Source of the DNA: Planctomycetota bacterium
Lineage (GTDB): Bacteria; Planctomycetota; B15-G4
Length of the DNA: 64,000 nucleotides
Assembly: GCA_038212275.1 (NCBI GenBank)
Contig: JBBQUR010000022.1
Coordinates: 17,369-81,368, forward strand
Reading direction: 5' to 3'
Position 1 is the first letter of the stretch, and each line of letters starts with the position of its first letter. Both the position numbers and the translations under genes were made by a program. Positions 18,457 through 28,075 of this stretch are shown here, piece by piece. The notes beneath the pieces are model-generated. The model saw nothing but the letters and a program-made list of their open reading frames with translations, made no database searches and was not told the origin of the DNA.

Positions 18457-21251
18457 AGGACGGGGCGCGCGAGCAACTGCTGTTCGCCGGCGTGGCCGTG
18501 CTGGTGGGGCTGCTCACGTGGCAGCGCCTCGCCGACAGCTACACGGCGGCCGGCGTGCCGTCGCCGAAGCGCGTGGAGGCCGCCGTCGTGGAGCGGCCGG
18601 CGCTCGCGCACATCGGCGCGGTGGCGGAACTGCCGCCGGGCACGCGCGAGGAGTCCGTCTTCGCGCCGCCGCGCGAGCTGCTGCCGCTCGATCCGCTGCA
18701 GCTTCCGCCGCCGCCGTTGCCGCCGCTCTCCGTGCGCCGCCCGGCGGTGCAGCCGTCGATGGCCGGCCAGGCGGCGCGCGCCTATCGCGTGGCGCCCGAT
18801 TCGCTGGGTTCGCTCGTGCTTTCGGAGCGGGTTCTGGATGCCTCCGAAGGGGACATCGGCGACGACGATCCGGACGCCGCCCCGGGTGGAGTCGGCGCGC
18901 CGAAGCAGGCTGCGACTGCTTCCGGCGGCACGAAGGACCCGTCCGGCAAGGGCGTCGGCGCCAAGCCTGCGCCGAACGGCAAGGCCGGCGTGGCCGACAA
19001 GACGGCCGGCGGCGCCAAGGCCGGCGGCGCCGCGCTCGACGAGACGCAGGAGAAGGCCGCCGAAGCGCGCTTCGACTGGATCGCGCGCGCCGACAGCAAG
19101 GGCCGTCTTTACGGCACGCTGCTGAACGAGGACCCGATCGGACTCGCACAGCGCCCCGGCGAGGATCTCGTCCTGCAGCAGTTGTCCGAGAGCACGGGCC
19201 GCGCGCTCGGCGCGCCCTTCGTCGTGGCGCGCACCGACGTGCTGGAGTTCGGACTCGCCGCGACGTTCGACAACGCGTATCTGCTGAAGTCGCGCGCACT
19301 GGGCGCGGGCGGTTCGGCGTCCGCCCGGCGTGCGCTGGCGCTGGAGATGCTGGCGGCCGAGGAGCTCGAGCCGCACGCGCTGGACTACGCCCTCAAGGAA
19401 GCGACGGCTGCCCTTGCCGCGGGTCCGAGCGATCCCGCGAATCTGCACCTCATGGCCCATGTCTACCGTCGCGCCTTCGACCTGCAGGGCGAGCTGTCCG
19501 TGTGCGAGGAGGCGCTGCTGCGCGGAGCCGCCGACCCCGCGCTCGTGGCGGCGCACGTGCGCCTCGTGCGCTCGCTCGGACTGACCGAGCGTGCCTGGGA
19601 GCTGCTCGCAGCGGCGCGCACGCTGGGCCGCCAGACGGCGGAGGTCGGCGTGGCGCATGCGCTGCTGCTCTGCGACGACGGCCGCTGGCAGGACGCGGCC
19701 GTCGTGCTGGCCGAGGCCGAAAACCTGCCTTTCCTCGGGCCGTTCGAAGAACTTCAGAAGCGGGAGCTCGCGCTGCTCGGTGGCGAGGTGCAGCTGGCCC
19801 TCGGCAAGCCCGACGAGGCTCTGCGCGCCAGCGCCCGCGTGCTGCTCGACGAGCCGCGCGATCTGCGCGCGCTGCTGCTGGCCGGCGCGGCGCAGGCAGC
19901 GCAGGATGCGCTCGTGCCGGCAGCCGAGTCCTTCGAGGCCGCGCTTGTCGTCGAATCGCGTGACAGTCGTGCGCTGACCGACGCCGGCATCATCGCGTGG
20001 CGCCAGCGCGACGGCGACACCGCGCGGCGACGCTTCCTCGATGCGGTCTCCGCCGATCCCTGGCGCGCCGTGTCGCCGCTGCTGGCGCTCGGCTTTCTGT
20101 ACGAGGATGCGAGCGACGCCAGCAAGGCAGCCGATGCCTACGCTGCGGCGCTGGACATCGATCCCGAGAATGCCGAGGCGCTCTACCGGCTCGGCCGCAG
20201 CCAGCGGCTGGACGGCGACCCCGAGGCCGCCACGCAGACCCTGCGTCGCGCGCTGCGGCTGGCCGGCCCGGATCTGCTCGTGCTGCTCGAGCTGGGCCGC
20301 GCGGCGGTGGATGGCGGCCGTCACGACGAGGCGCTGCGCTACTTCCGCGAGGCCGAGCGGCTCGAGCCGGACAATGCCGAAGTGCAGTGGTCGCTGGGGC
20401 TGGCCGCGCTGGCGTCGGGCGACACGCTCGGCTGCCGGCAGCCGCTCGGCTTCGCGGCGGCGCACGGCAAGCCGGGAGCCCACGTCGCGCTGGGCGTCGC
20501 GAGCTACCGCCGCGGCGATGCGCAGGAGGCGCTCGATCACTTCGACGAGGCGCTGAAGGCCTACGCCGGCCACGCCGACGATCCGCAGGCGCGCTACGCC
20601 GCCGAGCAGTCGGTCGCGGTGCGCGACAACCTCGCCAAGCGCCAGTGGCTCGACCGCTTCGGACGCAGCTCGCTGCAGCGCGGCTGGGTCGAGCATGCCT
20701 GGGACGGCAGCCCGCGCATCGTGAGCGACGCCGGCCACGTCGCCATCACCGGGCGCATGGAGAAGCCGCGCGACGACGAGCGACCGGGCATCGGCCGCAC
20801 GCTGGACGGGCGCGCCTTCTTCGGCGCCGCTGCGGAGCTGCTGCTCGCGGAAGGCGGCGACACGCGTGCCGGACTCTCGCTGACCTACAGCCAGGTCAAG
20901 GGCGCGCAGGGCCGGCTGCCCAAGGCGCAACTGGACATCTGGCTGGACACCGACGGCCAGGTGCGCCTCTCCGTCCTCGACAACTTCGACACGCGCGTGC
21001 TCGACGGCGTCGCGGTGACGGGGGCGGTCGCCACGCCCGGCACGCCGATCGTGCTCGGCATCGAGCGGCTCGATGACGTGACCGGCCGATTCGCTTTCAG
21101 TGTGGACGGCCGGCGTGTCGGCGCGCCCGTGGAGGTCAAGAGCTTGCGCAGTTTCAAGAACCCGCTCGACCTGCAGGTCTGGGCCGAAGCCGCGCCCGGT
21201 CGCACCGTGTCCGCCTCCGTCGCACTCGTGCGCATCGTGCAGGCGCCGTGA
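18453..21251 (+). CDS. Membrane-anchored TPR-repeat protein with Pro-rich linker and C-terminal ConA/LamG-like beta-sandwich
   Basis: N-terminal TM; TPRs (ALDIDPENAEALYRLG, LEPDNAEVQWSLG); C-terminal LDRFGR..W, FAFSVDGRRVG. Confidence 0.8.
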   Translation: MKDGAREQLLFAGVAVLVGLLTWQRLADSYTAAGVPSPKRVEAAVVERPALAHIGAVAELPPGTREESVFAPPRELLPLDPLQLPPPPLPPLSVRRPAVQPSMAGQAARAYRVAPDSLGSLVLSERVLDASEGDIGDDDPDAAPGGVGAPKQAATASGGTKDPSGKGVGAKPAPNGKAGVADKTAGGAKAGGAALDETQEKAAEARFDWIARADSKGRLYGTLLNEDPIGLAQRPGEDLVLQQLSESTGRALGAPFVVARTDVLEFGLAATFDNAYLLKSRALGAGGSASARRALALEMLAAEELEPHALDYALKEATAALAAGPSDPANLHLMAHVYRRAFDLQGELSVCEEALLRGAADPALVAAHVRLVRSLGLTERAWELLAAARTLGRQTAEVGVAHALLLCDDGRWQDAAVVLAEAENLPFLGPFEELQKRELALLGGEVQLALGKPDEALRASARVLLDEPRDLRALLLAGAAQAAQDALVPAAESFEAALVVESRDSRALTDAGIIAWRQRDGDTARRRFLDAVSADPWRAVSPLLALGFLYEDASDASKAADAYAAALDIDPENAEALYRLGRSQRLDGDPEAATQTLRRALRLAGPDLLVLLELGRAAVDGGRHDEALRYFREAERLEPDNAEVQWSLGLAALASGDTLGCRQPLGFAAAHGKPGAHVALGVASYRRGDAQEALDHFDEALKAYAGHADDPQARYAAEQSVAVRDNLAKRQWLDRFGRSSLQRGWVEHAWDGSPRIVSDAGHVAITGRMEKPRDDERPGIGRTLDGRAFFGAAAELLLAEGGDTRAGLSLTYSQVKGAQGRLPKAQLDIWLDTDGQVRLSVLDNFDTRVLDGVAVTGAVATPGTPIVLGIERLDDVTGRFAFSVDGRRVGAPVEVKSLRSFKNPLDLQVWAEAAPGRTVSASVALVRIVQAP

Positions 21252-21904
21252 GCTGCGCTGCCGCCACGCGCTGCGCGATGCCGGCCCGCCGCGCGGGCTT
21301 CACGCTCATCGAGATTCTCGTCGTCATCTCGATCATCGGGCTGCTCATGGGCCTCGTGGCCGTGGCCGTCAGCCGTCACGGTCAGGCGGGACGCATCGCC
21401 GACTGCAAGGCGCGCATCGACACGCTCTCGCTCATGGTGGCCTCGTGGGCGGATCGCAACGGCGACGTGCCGCCCTCACGCCTCGCCCAGGTGGGCGTGA
21501 CCGACGGCAACGGCGTCAACGAGGGCATCGAGGCTCTGGTCGTCGCGCTCAAGGGCAAGGCGTGGGCCGGGCGCCGCCCCGAGGAGCGCTGGCTGGCCAA
21601 CGTGGACGGCGACTCCAGCAAGGGCCTCAAGCTGGCGGACGGCAGCAGCGCGCTGCTCGAGGTGGTCGATCCGTGGGAGAATCCCATGGTCTACATCTCC
21701 AGCGCGGACTACGGCGCCGAGTTCACCTACCGCTTCGAGACGGAGAGCGGCGCGGACGACCAGACGGTGCACAGCGCCATCGATCGCCTGACCGGCGCGC
21801 CGCATCAGTTCGATTCGTTCCAGATCCTGTCGGCGGGCCCGGACGGCGTGCTGGGCACGGAAGACGACCTTGCCAACTACGAGATCGACACGGGCGAGCA
21901 CTGA
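21248..21904 (+). CDS. GspG/PulG-like major (pseudo)pilin
   Basis: Class III signal G|FTLIEILVVISIIGLL; DPWENPMVY and ILSAGPDGVLGTEDDL GspG C-terminal motifs. Confidence 0.9.
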   Translation: MSCAAATRCAMPARRAGFTLIEILVVISIIGLLMGLVAVAVSRHGQAGRIADCKARIDTLSLMVASWADRNGDVPPSRLAQVGVTDGNGVNEGIEALVVALKGKAWAGRRPEERWLANVDGDSSKGLKLADGSSALLEVVDPWENPMVYISSADYGAEFTYRFETESGADDQTVHSAIDRLTGAPHQFDSFQILSAGPDGVLGTEDDLANYEIDTGEH

Positions 21905-22895
21905 GCGCCGGAGCGCCGGCTTCACGCTGCTCGAGCTGCTGGTGGTGATGGCCATCATCGGCACGCTCATGGGCATCGGGGTCGGAGCCTTCGCCAGCCT
22001 CGGGCGCGCGGACCGCCAGGCCACCGGCCAGGTGAAGGACGCCCTGCGCGCGGCGCGACTCTATGCGTTGCGCGCGAGCGCACCCGCCGCCGTCGTCGTC
22101 GATCCCGCCAACCGCGAGGTCTTCGCCACGGGGCTCACCGCGACGGGCAACTGGCACTTCGAGGACGACGCGGGCACCGGCTGGCCCGTGCCGGCCCGCT
22201 ACGAACCCGGCACGCTGCTGCGCGAGGGCGTCATCGGCTCGGCGCTCTCCATCGGCGGCGACGACGTGCTGCTGATCACCGACCTGCCCTCGCGTTTCGA
22301 CTCGCCGCAGGGCTTCGGCGTGGACGTCTTCCTGCGCCCCGCCGCGGAGCCGCGCCCGATGACGCTGCTCGAACGCCCGGGCCGCTGGCAGCTGCGCCTC
22401 GACGACAACGACCGGCTCGAAGTGCGCCTCATGCTCGCCGCGCACCCCGAGCCCGAGGAATTCCGCGTGTCCTTCGATGCGCAGCTGCCCGACACGCGCT
22501 TCACCGAGCTCTCCGTGCTCTTCGACGGGCGCGTCCTGCACGTGGCGCTTGACGGGAGGCGCGTCGGCGAGGACACGCTGCTCACGACGCCGCGCACGCT
22601 GGCCGCCGCGCCGGGCTCGGTGCTCCGCAGCGGCGACGGCGTGCTGCGCTTCCGCGGCGCGATCGATGAACTCTCCGTGGCCGCGGTGGTGGAGGGCGAT
22701 CACCGCCCGCTGCCGGCGGACGTCACGCTGGATGGCGCCCTGCGCGTGCTGCGCCTCGACGGCTTCGGGCACCTCGATCCGGCCTGGCATCGCACGCCGC
22801 AGCAGGTCTCGTTCGAGACCGGCGAACCGCCGCGCCGCACGGTCATCGAACTGGGCGTGCTGGGCACCGTGCGCAGCTGGACGGATGCGCCATGA
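21870..22895 (+). CDS. GspH/FimT-like minor pilin with inserted LamG domain
   Basis: G|FTLLELLVVMAIIG; LRAARLYAL; LamG motifs WHFED..FRGAIDEL; start uncertain (TTG 21870). Confidence 0.85.
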   Translation: MPTTRSTRASTERRSAGFTLLELLVVMAIIGTLMGIGVGAFASLGRADRQATGQVKDALRAARLYALRASAPAAVVVDPANREVFATGLTATGNWHFEDDAGTGWPVPARYEPGTLLREGVIGSALSIGGDDVLLITDLPSRFDSPQGFGVDVFLRPAAEPRPMTLLERPGRWQLRLDDNDRLEVRLMLAAHPEPEEFRVSFDAQLPDTRFTELSVLFDGRVLHVALDGRRVGEDTLLTTPRTLAAAPGSVLRSGDGVLRFRGAIDELSVAAVVEGDHRPLPADVTLDGALRVLRLDGFGHLDPAWHRTPQQVSFETGEPPRRTVIELGVLGTVRSWTDAP

Positions 22896-25800
22896 GCGAG
22901 GCGCCGCACGGGGGGGGATCTCGCGGCGAGCGCGGCATCGCGCTGATCACGGTGATCCTCGCGCTGGTGGCGCTGGCGGTCATCGCCACGCCCTTTGCGC
23001 TCTCCATGCGCGGACTGCAGGCGCAGGCGCTCTACGGCTTCGAGCAGGAGGCTGCGCGCGCGGATTGCGATCTCGCTCTGGCCGCGGCGCGCGCTCATCT
23101 CGAGCAGACGCACCCGTTCCTCGACTCGGCCACGCCCTGGAGCGACGACCGGAGCGAGCTGTCCCCGCCGGACCTCGCGCAGCGCTATCCGGAGCTGCTG
23201 TCGCGCGCGCCACTGGGCACGATCCGCTCCGTGAGCATCACCGACGAGCAGGGCAAAGTGGACCTCGCGACGGCCTCGCCCTACCTGCTCGGAAACATCC
23301 TCGGCGGGCGCACGCTGCTCACGGCGGACATCGACGAGCGCGCGACGTCGCTGCCCGTCGCCTCCACCGCGGGTTTCCCGGACACGGGCCTCGCGTGGCT
23401 GGGGCGCGAGCAGGTGGAGTATTCGCTGCGCGAACCGACGCTGCTGGGTGAAGTGCGGCGCGGCCTTCCCAGCGCGGCCATGCCGCTCTCGCCGGCGCTT
23501 CCCCACGCCACGGAAGACGACGTGCTCGACGGGCGGCTGCTGCTGCTGTGCCAGCACGGCTGGCGCATCCGACCCGGAGTCTTCGACGGCTTCCGCCGCG
23601 TCGACGGCCTCAAGGAGATTTCGCTCTACGGCGAGCTCGCCTACACGGCGGAGGATCTTGACCGCGCGCGCGCCTCGCTCACCGTCGCGGGCGGTCCGCT
23701 GCGCTTCGTCGCCAGCCAGCGCGTGCTGACGCTGGCCACCGGGCGAGAGGGCGGGCCCGAGCTGGTCGTGCCGGACGGACGGCGCTTCGGTGCCGGCACC
23801 GTGCTGCAACTGACCACCGGCGGTGGCGACACGGAGTGGAATCTTGCGCTGGACTGCGTGGACTGGGGTGGCGGTGAGGGCTGGCACGTGGCCCTGCTGC
23901 TGCCGACGACGCTGCGGCACGACAGCGGCAGCACGGTGGCCGCGCTCGCGCGACATCCCGTGAACGTGGCCTCGGCGAGCCCGCGCGTGCTGGGGGCGCT
24001 CTTCGCGGGCGTGGGCCGCTCGCCGACGACCGACGTCATCAACGCACGCGAGGCCGCCGTGCTGTCCACCGCGCTGCTCGCGGTGGATGCCGGCACCGAC
24101 AAGAATGACCTGTTCGATGCGCTGGCGCCGGCGATCCGCCGCGGAGAGTTCAGCCTGGACGATCTGGACACCGCGCTCGACGCGATCGGCGGGGCGCGCG
24201 GGCTGCGGACGGCTCCCGATGCGGAGGCGCTGGCCGGCCAGCTGGCCGGGCTGGTCACGCGCCGGTCGCCGCAGCGCGTGAGCACCGTCGCAGCGCGCGA
24301 GCTTGCCGAGCGCCTCACTGCCAGGCCGCCGCGCTCACATGAAGACTTCGCCCTGCGGCTCGACGAAGCCGTCGCGCAGGGTGTGCTGCGGGCACCGCAG
24401 CGCGATGCGCTGCTGCGCAACGCCCTCGACAGCAGCGACGCGGCACTGTCGGGCGGGACCGCGCCGTTCACCTACGCTTCGGGCGGCGTGTTCAGCGTGG
24501 ACGCCGCCGTGAGCCGCAACTTTCCCAACGGGCGCGAACAGGTGCGCGCGCTGCGCTCGCAGATCCTGTCGGTGGCGCCGCAAGGCGAGAGCGCCCACAC
24601 GCTGGTGAGCCAGCGCGATTTCGAGGAGGCCAGCGAACCCGGTGCGGGGCAGCACGGCTGGAGCAGCGCTCCCCGCCTGCTGCAGTCGGGGCCCGGACCG
24701 GCGGGCACGGCCGGCGGTGTCGACGCCTTTGCCGAGGCGCTGGCTCTCGGCGGAGCCGGCGTGTCGCGCGCCGGCACGCTGGTCGCCGGTCGGCCGGGTC
24801 CCGCGGAGGACGGCGCGTCGGCCGTGTCGCCGTCCACGCTGCGCAGCACGCTGCCCGACACGCTGCACTTCGACGAGGGGCTCGTCGGGCTCACGGGCGA
24901 CTCGCCGAAGGGCTACTCGTTCGCGCAGGGGCCGGTGAGTCTTCCGCTGGCGGGGATCGTGCCGTCCCTCGTCAGCAAGCAGCCGCTGCTCGGGACCTTC
25001 GCGGTGGAGTTCTGGTGGCAGGTGCCCGACACGAAGGCCGAGGTCATCCTCTTCGACGGTGGTGCCGGCGAGCTGGAAGACCGCATCCTCATCGCGCTCA
25101 TCGGCGGCGAGCTGGTGCTCCGCGTCAGCGACACCAGCCTCCCCGACTTCGAGGCCGTCATGCCGAAGGGGCACGCGCCGCCCGCCGGCGAGATCCGCTA
25201 TGCCTTCGATGACGGCCTGAAGCTGCTGCCCGACACGCCCTACCACGTGCTCGCGTCCGTCGGCGGCGCACGCGACACGCAGCTTGCGCTCTTCGTCGAC
25301 GGCCTGCCGCGCGGACACCGCTCGTTCACGACCGCGCTCGCGGAGGACCTCGCGTCCGCCAACACGCAGCTCGAGGGCATCGCGGGGTACGGCGGCGAGG
25401 AGAAGGTGCGCGTGGAATCCACGGCGGGCTTCCCGGATCGCGGCGCCGTGCGCATCGGCACCGAAATCCTCGAGTACGTGGAAAAGACCGACGACAGCTT
25501 CGTGGTGCGGCGCGCCGGCGAGGTGGACAGCTTCGGCGGACGCGGCCGCCGCGGCACCGCTGCGCTGAAGCACGACGCCACCGAGCTCGTGGAGCTGGTC
25601 GGCTGGAGCCGCGCGCTCGGCAGCGAGCGGGCGAGTCAGGGCATCGCCAGTCTCAACGGCGACATGGACGTGTTCACGATCGCGGAGCTCGACCCGACGC
25701 GCCTCACCGACGAGATTTCCGTGAGCATCGTGCCGAACAGCGGCGGCGCACCGGTCACCGTCCCGCTGGGCACGGGGCTCGCCTACGGCAACAGCACCCT

Positions 25801-28075
25801 GCCGCTGCGCGGTGGCGGCGGCTCGGCGTTGAAGTCCGGCTCCTTCCAGTCGGGCGGCGGCTTCGCCATCCTGTTCTGCGATTACGGCCGCAGTGCGGTG
25901 GCGGGCCAGCGGATCCCCAACCCGAACGCGCCCAACAATCCGCAGGACAGCGTCACGCTGCCGGCGCAGACGACGGGCGGCTGGCTCGGCGGCGGCGAGA
26001 TCGTGCGCTACTCCGGCTTCGACGGCAGCCAGCTCACCGGCGTGCAGCGCAACCAGGCGGGCATCCCGGTGGCCACGGGGGGGAAGGGCAGCAGCCTCGC
26101 GGGCACCGATCAGGTGGATTCGGTCTCCGGCGGCAGCACGGGCTGGGCCGAGCAGCGCGAATACGTCACCACCTTCGATGCGGCCATTCTCGGCGCCATC
26201 CAGGGGCTGCCCGAGAATCCCCGCGTCTTCGTGTTCCCGCTGTCGGTCGGCGTCACCGGCAGCAACCTGTTCGAGGACTTTCATCCGGCGCCCGACGGCC
26301 GCCTCAGTGCGCCGTCGGCCGTGGTGCAGGTGGGCATCGATTTCGAGGATGCGGACAACGCCACCGAGTGGATGCGCTGGAACACCGCCACCGACCTCGG
26401 CTTCGTGCGCGACGACAGCACGGCACTCGACAGCGGCCTGACCTACCTCATGGCCACCGGCCTGTGGGACCCGGGCAACGGCGCACCCGACGACGACACG
26501 GCCAAGGCGCTCAACGACGAGCTGGACTTCCGCGCCCAGGATGGCACGCCGATGAGCCATCACGGCAGCGGTGACCGCGTGCTGCCGACGATCGTGCTCG
26601 GCCGCTGGTTCTCCAGCGGCAACGACCCGCTCGTGGGCATTCCCGGCCGCCACGATTCCGTGACGCTGGTGAACACCGACGGCGACAAGGAATGGAACCG
26701 CATCAATCACGCCAGCAACCAGGATCCCGAATGGGGCAGCAACTTCTGCCTCGTCGGCCTGCGCGAGGCGGTCTCCGGCGAGTTCCTCTACACCGACGAG
26801 ACGGACGACTCGAACTACGCGCTGGCGGGCCTGCCGCTGCAGGGCCAGGTCAGCGCGGACAGCACGGCCTTCGACATCATCAAGTCGCTCAACGCCGACA
26901 GCCGGCTGTACACGCGCATGCTCTGCTCGCCCTCGGGGGAGCTGCCCACGGCGCCGATCGAGGCCTTTCACATGGGAGCCGACTGGAGCGGCCGTCCGAG
27001 CACGGGACTCGCCATCGTGGACGAGCTGCGCTTCCACGCGCCCGTCGGATCCGGCGAATACCTGCCCGACAACGGCCGCTGCCTGCTTGGCGAGGATCTC
27101 GAGCTGGAGGAAAACCGCCAGCTGCGCCTCGGCGTCGAGGCGCTGGCTTTCCCGTACGGTCAGCGGCGCGATCCCGTCCTCGGCGGCGGGGCGCTGGAGG
27201 TGCTCGGCTCGCTGGGACAGGCGGGCGGGCTGCTGCTCGTGGGCGAGGAGATCGTCGGCTACGCAGGGCTCGACGCCGTGGACTCCGGCAATGTCTTCCT
27301 CACGGCGCGCGGGCTCTACGGCACGCAGCGGGCCTTCCACCGGGCCGGCGAGGCCGTCACCGCGCTGCAGTTCTGGCCGGTGTCGCCGCTGGCGTCGTCG
27401 GTGACGGCCAGCTCGGGCCACCTGCCGCTCGCAGACAGTTCAGGCTTTCCCGCGGACGGCGGCCTGGTGTGGGTCGGCGACGAACTGATCGACTACACCT
27501 CGCGCGACGAGAGCGGTCTGAACCTTCCGGTGGCCACCACCGGCTCGCGCCTGCAGCTCTCGTCGGAAGGCCTGCTGCGCGGGCGCTTCGGAACCGTCGC
27601 CGCCGAGCATCCGGCCGGCACGCTGGTGCGCTGGATGCCGGCGCGCGTGGCCGACCGCGCGATGCTCGGCCACGACGTGCCGGAGTCCGAGAGCCTGCGG
27701 CTCACGGTGCGTGCGCCCGGAGCTTTCTTCACCGACCTCATCGTGGACGCGTTGCTGCCGGACAGCAAGGTGTCGTTGCAACTGCGCGCCGTACTCGACG
27801 GCCGCGCCTCGGCGCACGACGACGCGACGAAGCACCCCGGGCTGCTCGCCCTCGCACCGGCCGACGGCCGCGTGCAGCCTTCCGGCCGCATGCAGTTCGC
27901 GCTCGGCCGACAGGCCGACGTGCTCGAGCTTTTCCTGTTCTCCGAGTGGGCGCGCGACGCCTTCGATGCGCGCAGCTACACGAGCAATGCCTGGAAGCTT
28001 GCGCCGGAAGTGCGCGCCCTCGTGGTGGGGCACGCCCAGCCGACGCTCGTGCTCGAGCAGGAGGATCGTCGATGA
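22892..28075 (+). CDS. Giant (1727 aa) GspK/PilX-like minor pilin with LamG domain and repeated tail-protein-like beta modules
   Basis: RG|IALITVILAL (no Glu5); ITDEQGKVDLATA, FRRVDGLKEI, VNVASASPRVL, SGGVFSVDA GspK motifs; long C-terminal extension. Confidence 0.85.
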   Translation: MSEAPHGGGSRGERGIALITVILALVALAVIATPFALSMRGLQAQALYGFEQEAARADCDLALAAARAHLEQTHPFLDSATPWSDDRSELSPPDLAQRYPELLSRAPLGTIRSVSITDEQGKVDLATASPYLLGNILGGRTLLTADIDERATSLPVASTAGFPDTGLAWLGREQVEYSLREPTLLGEVRRGLPSAAMPLSPALPHATEDDVLDGRLLLLCQHGWRIRPGVFDGFRRVDGLKEISLYGELAYTAEDLDRARASLTVAGGPLRFVASQRVLTLATGREGGPELVVPDGRRFGAGTVLQLTTGGGDTEWNLALDCVDWGGGEGWHVALLLPTTLRHDSGSTVAALARHPVNVASASPRVLGALFAGVGRSPTTDVINAREAAVLSTALLAVDAGTDKNDLFDALAPAIRRGEFSLDDLDTALDAIGGARGLRTAPDAEALAGQLAGLVTRRSPQRVSTVAARELAERLTARPPRSHEDFALRLDEAVAQGVLRAPQRDALLRNALDSSDAALSGGTAPFTYASGGVFSVDAAVSRNFPNGREQVRALRSQILSVAPQGESAHTLVSQRDFEEASEPGAGQHGWSSAPRLLQSGPGPAGTAGGVDAFAEALALGGAGVSRAGTLVAGRPGPAEDGASAVSPSTLRSTLPDTLHFDEGLVGLTGDSPKGYSFAQGPVSLPLAGIVPSLVSKQPLLGTFAVEFWWQVPDTKAEVILFDGGAGELEDRILIALIGGELVLRVSDTSLPDFEAVMPKGHAPPAGEIRYAFDDGLKLLPDTPYHVLASVGGARDTQLALFVDGLPRGHRSFTTALAEDLASANTQLEGIAGYGGEEKVRVESTAGFPDRGAVRIGTEILEYVEKTDDSFVVRRAGEVDSFGGRGRRGTAALKHDATELVELVGWSRALGSERASQGIASLNGDMDVFTIAELDPTRLTDEISVSIVPNSGGAPVTVPLGTGLAYGNSTLPLRGGGGSALKSGSFQSGGGFAILFCDYGRSAVAGQRIPNPNAPNNPQDSVTLPAQTTGGWLGGGEIVRYSGFDGSQLTGVQRNQAGIPVATGGKGSSLAGTDQVDSVSGGSTGWAEQREYVTTFDAAILGAIQGLPENPRVFVFPLSVGVTGSNLFEDFHPAPDGRLSAPSAVVQVGIDFEDADNATEWMRWNTATDLGFVRDDSTALDSGLTYLMATGLWDPGNGAPDDDTAKALNDELDFRAQDGTPMSHHGSGDRVLPTIVLGRWFSSGNDPLVGIPGRHDSVTLVNTDGDKEWNRINHASNQDPEWGSNFCLVGLREAVSGEFLYTDETDDSNYALAGLPLQGQVSADSTAFDIIKSLNADSRLYTRMLCSPSGELPTAPIEAFHMGADWSGRPSTGLAIVDELRFHAPVGSGEYLPDNGRCLLGEDLELEENRQLRLGVEALAFPYGQRRDPVLGGGALEVLGSLGQAGGLLLVGEEIVGYAGLDAVDSGNVFLTARGLYGTQRAFHRAGEAVTALQFWPVSPLASSVTASSGHLPLADSSGFPADGGLVWVGDELIDYTSRDESGLNLPVATTGSRLQLSSEGLLRGRFGTVAAEHPAGTLVRWMPARVADRAMLGHDVPESESLRLTVRAPGAFFTDLIVDALLPDSKVSLQLRAVLDGRASAHDDATKHPGLLALAPADGRVQPSGRMQFALGRQADVLELFLFSEWARDAFDARSYTSNAWKLAPEVRALVVGHAQPTLVLEQEDRR

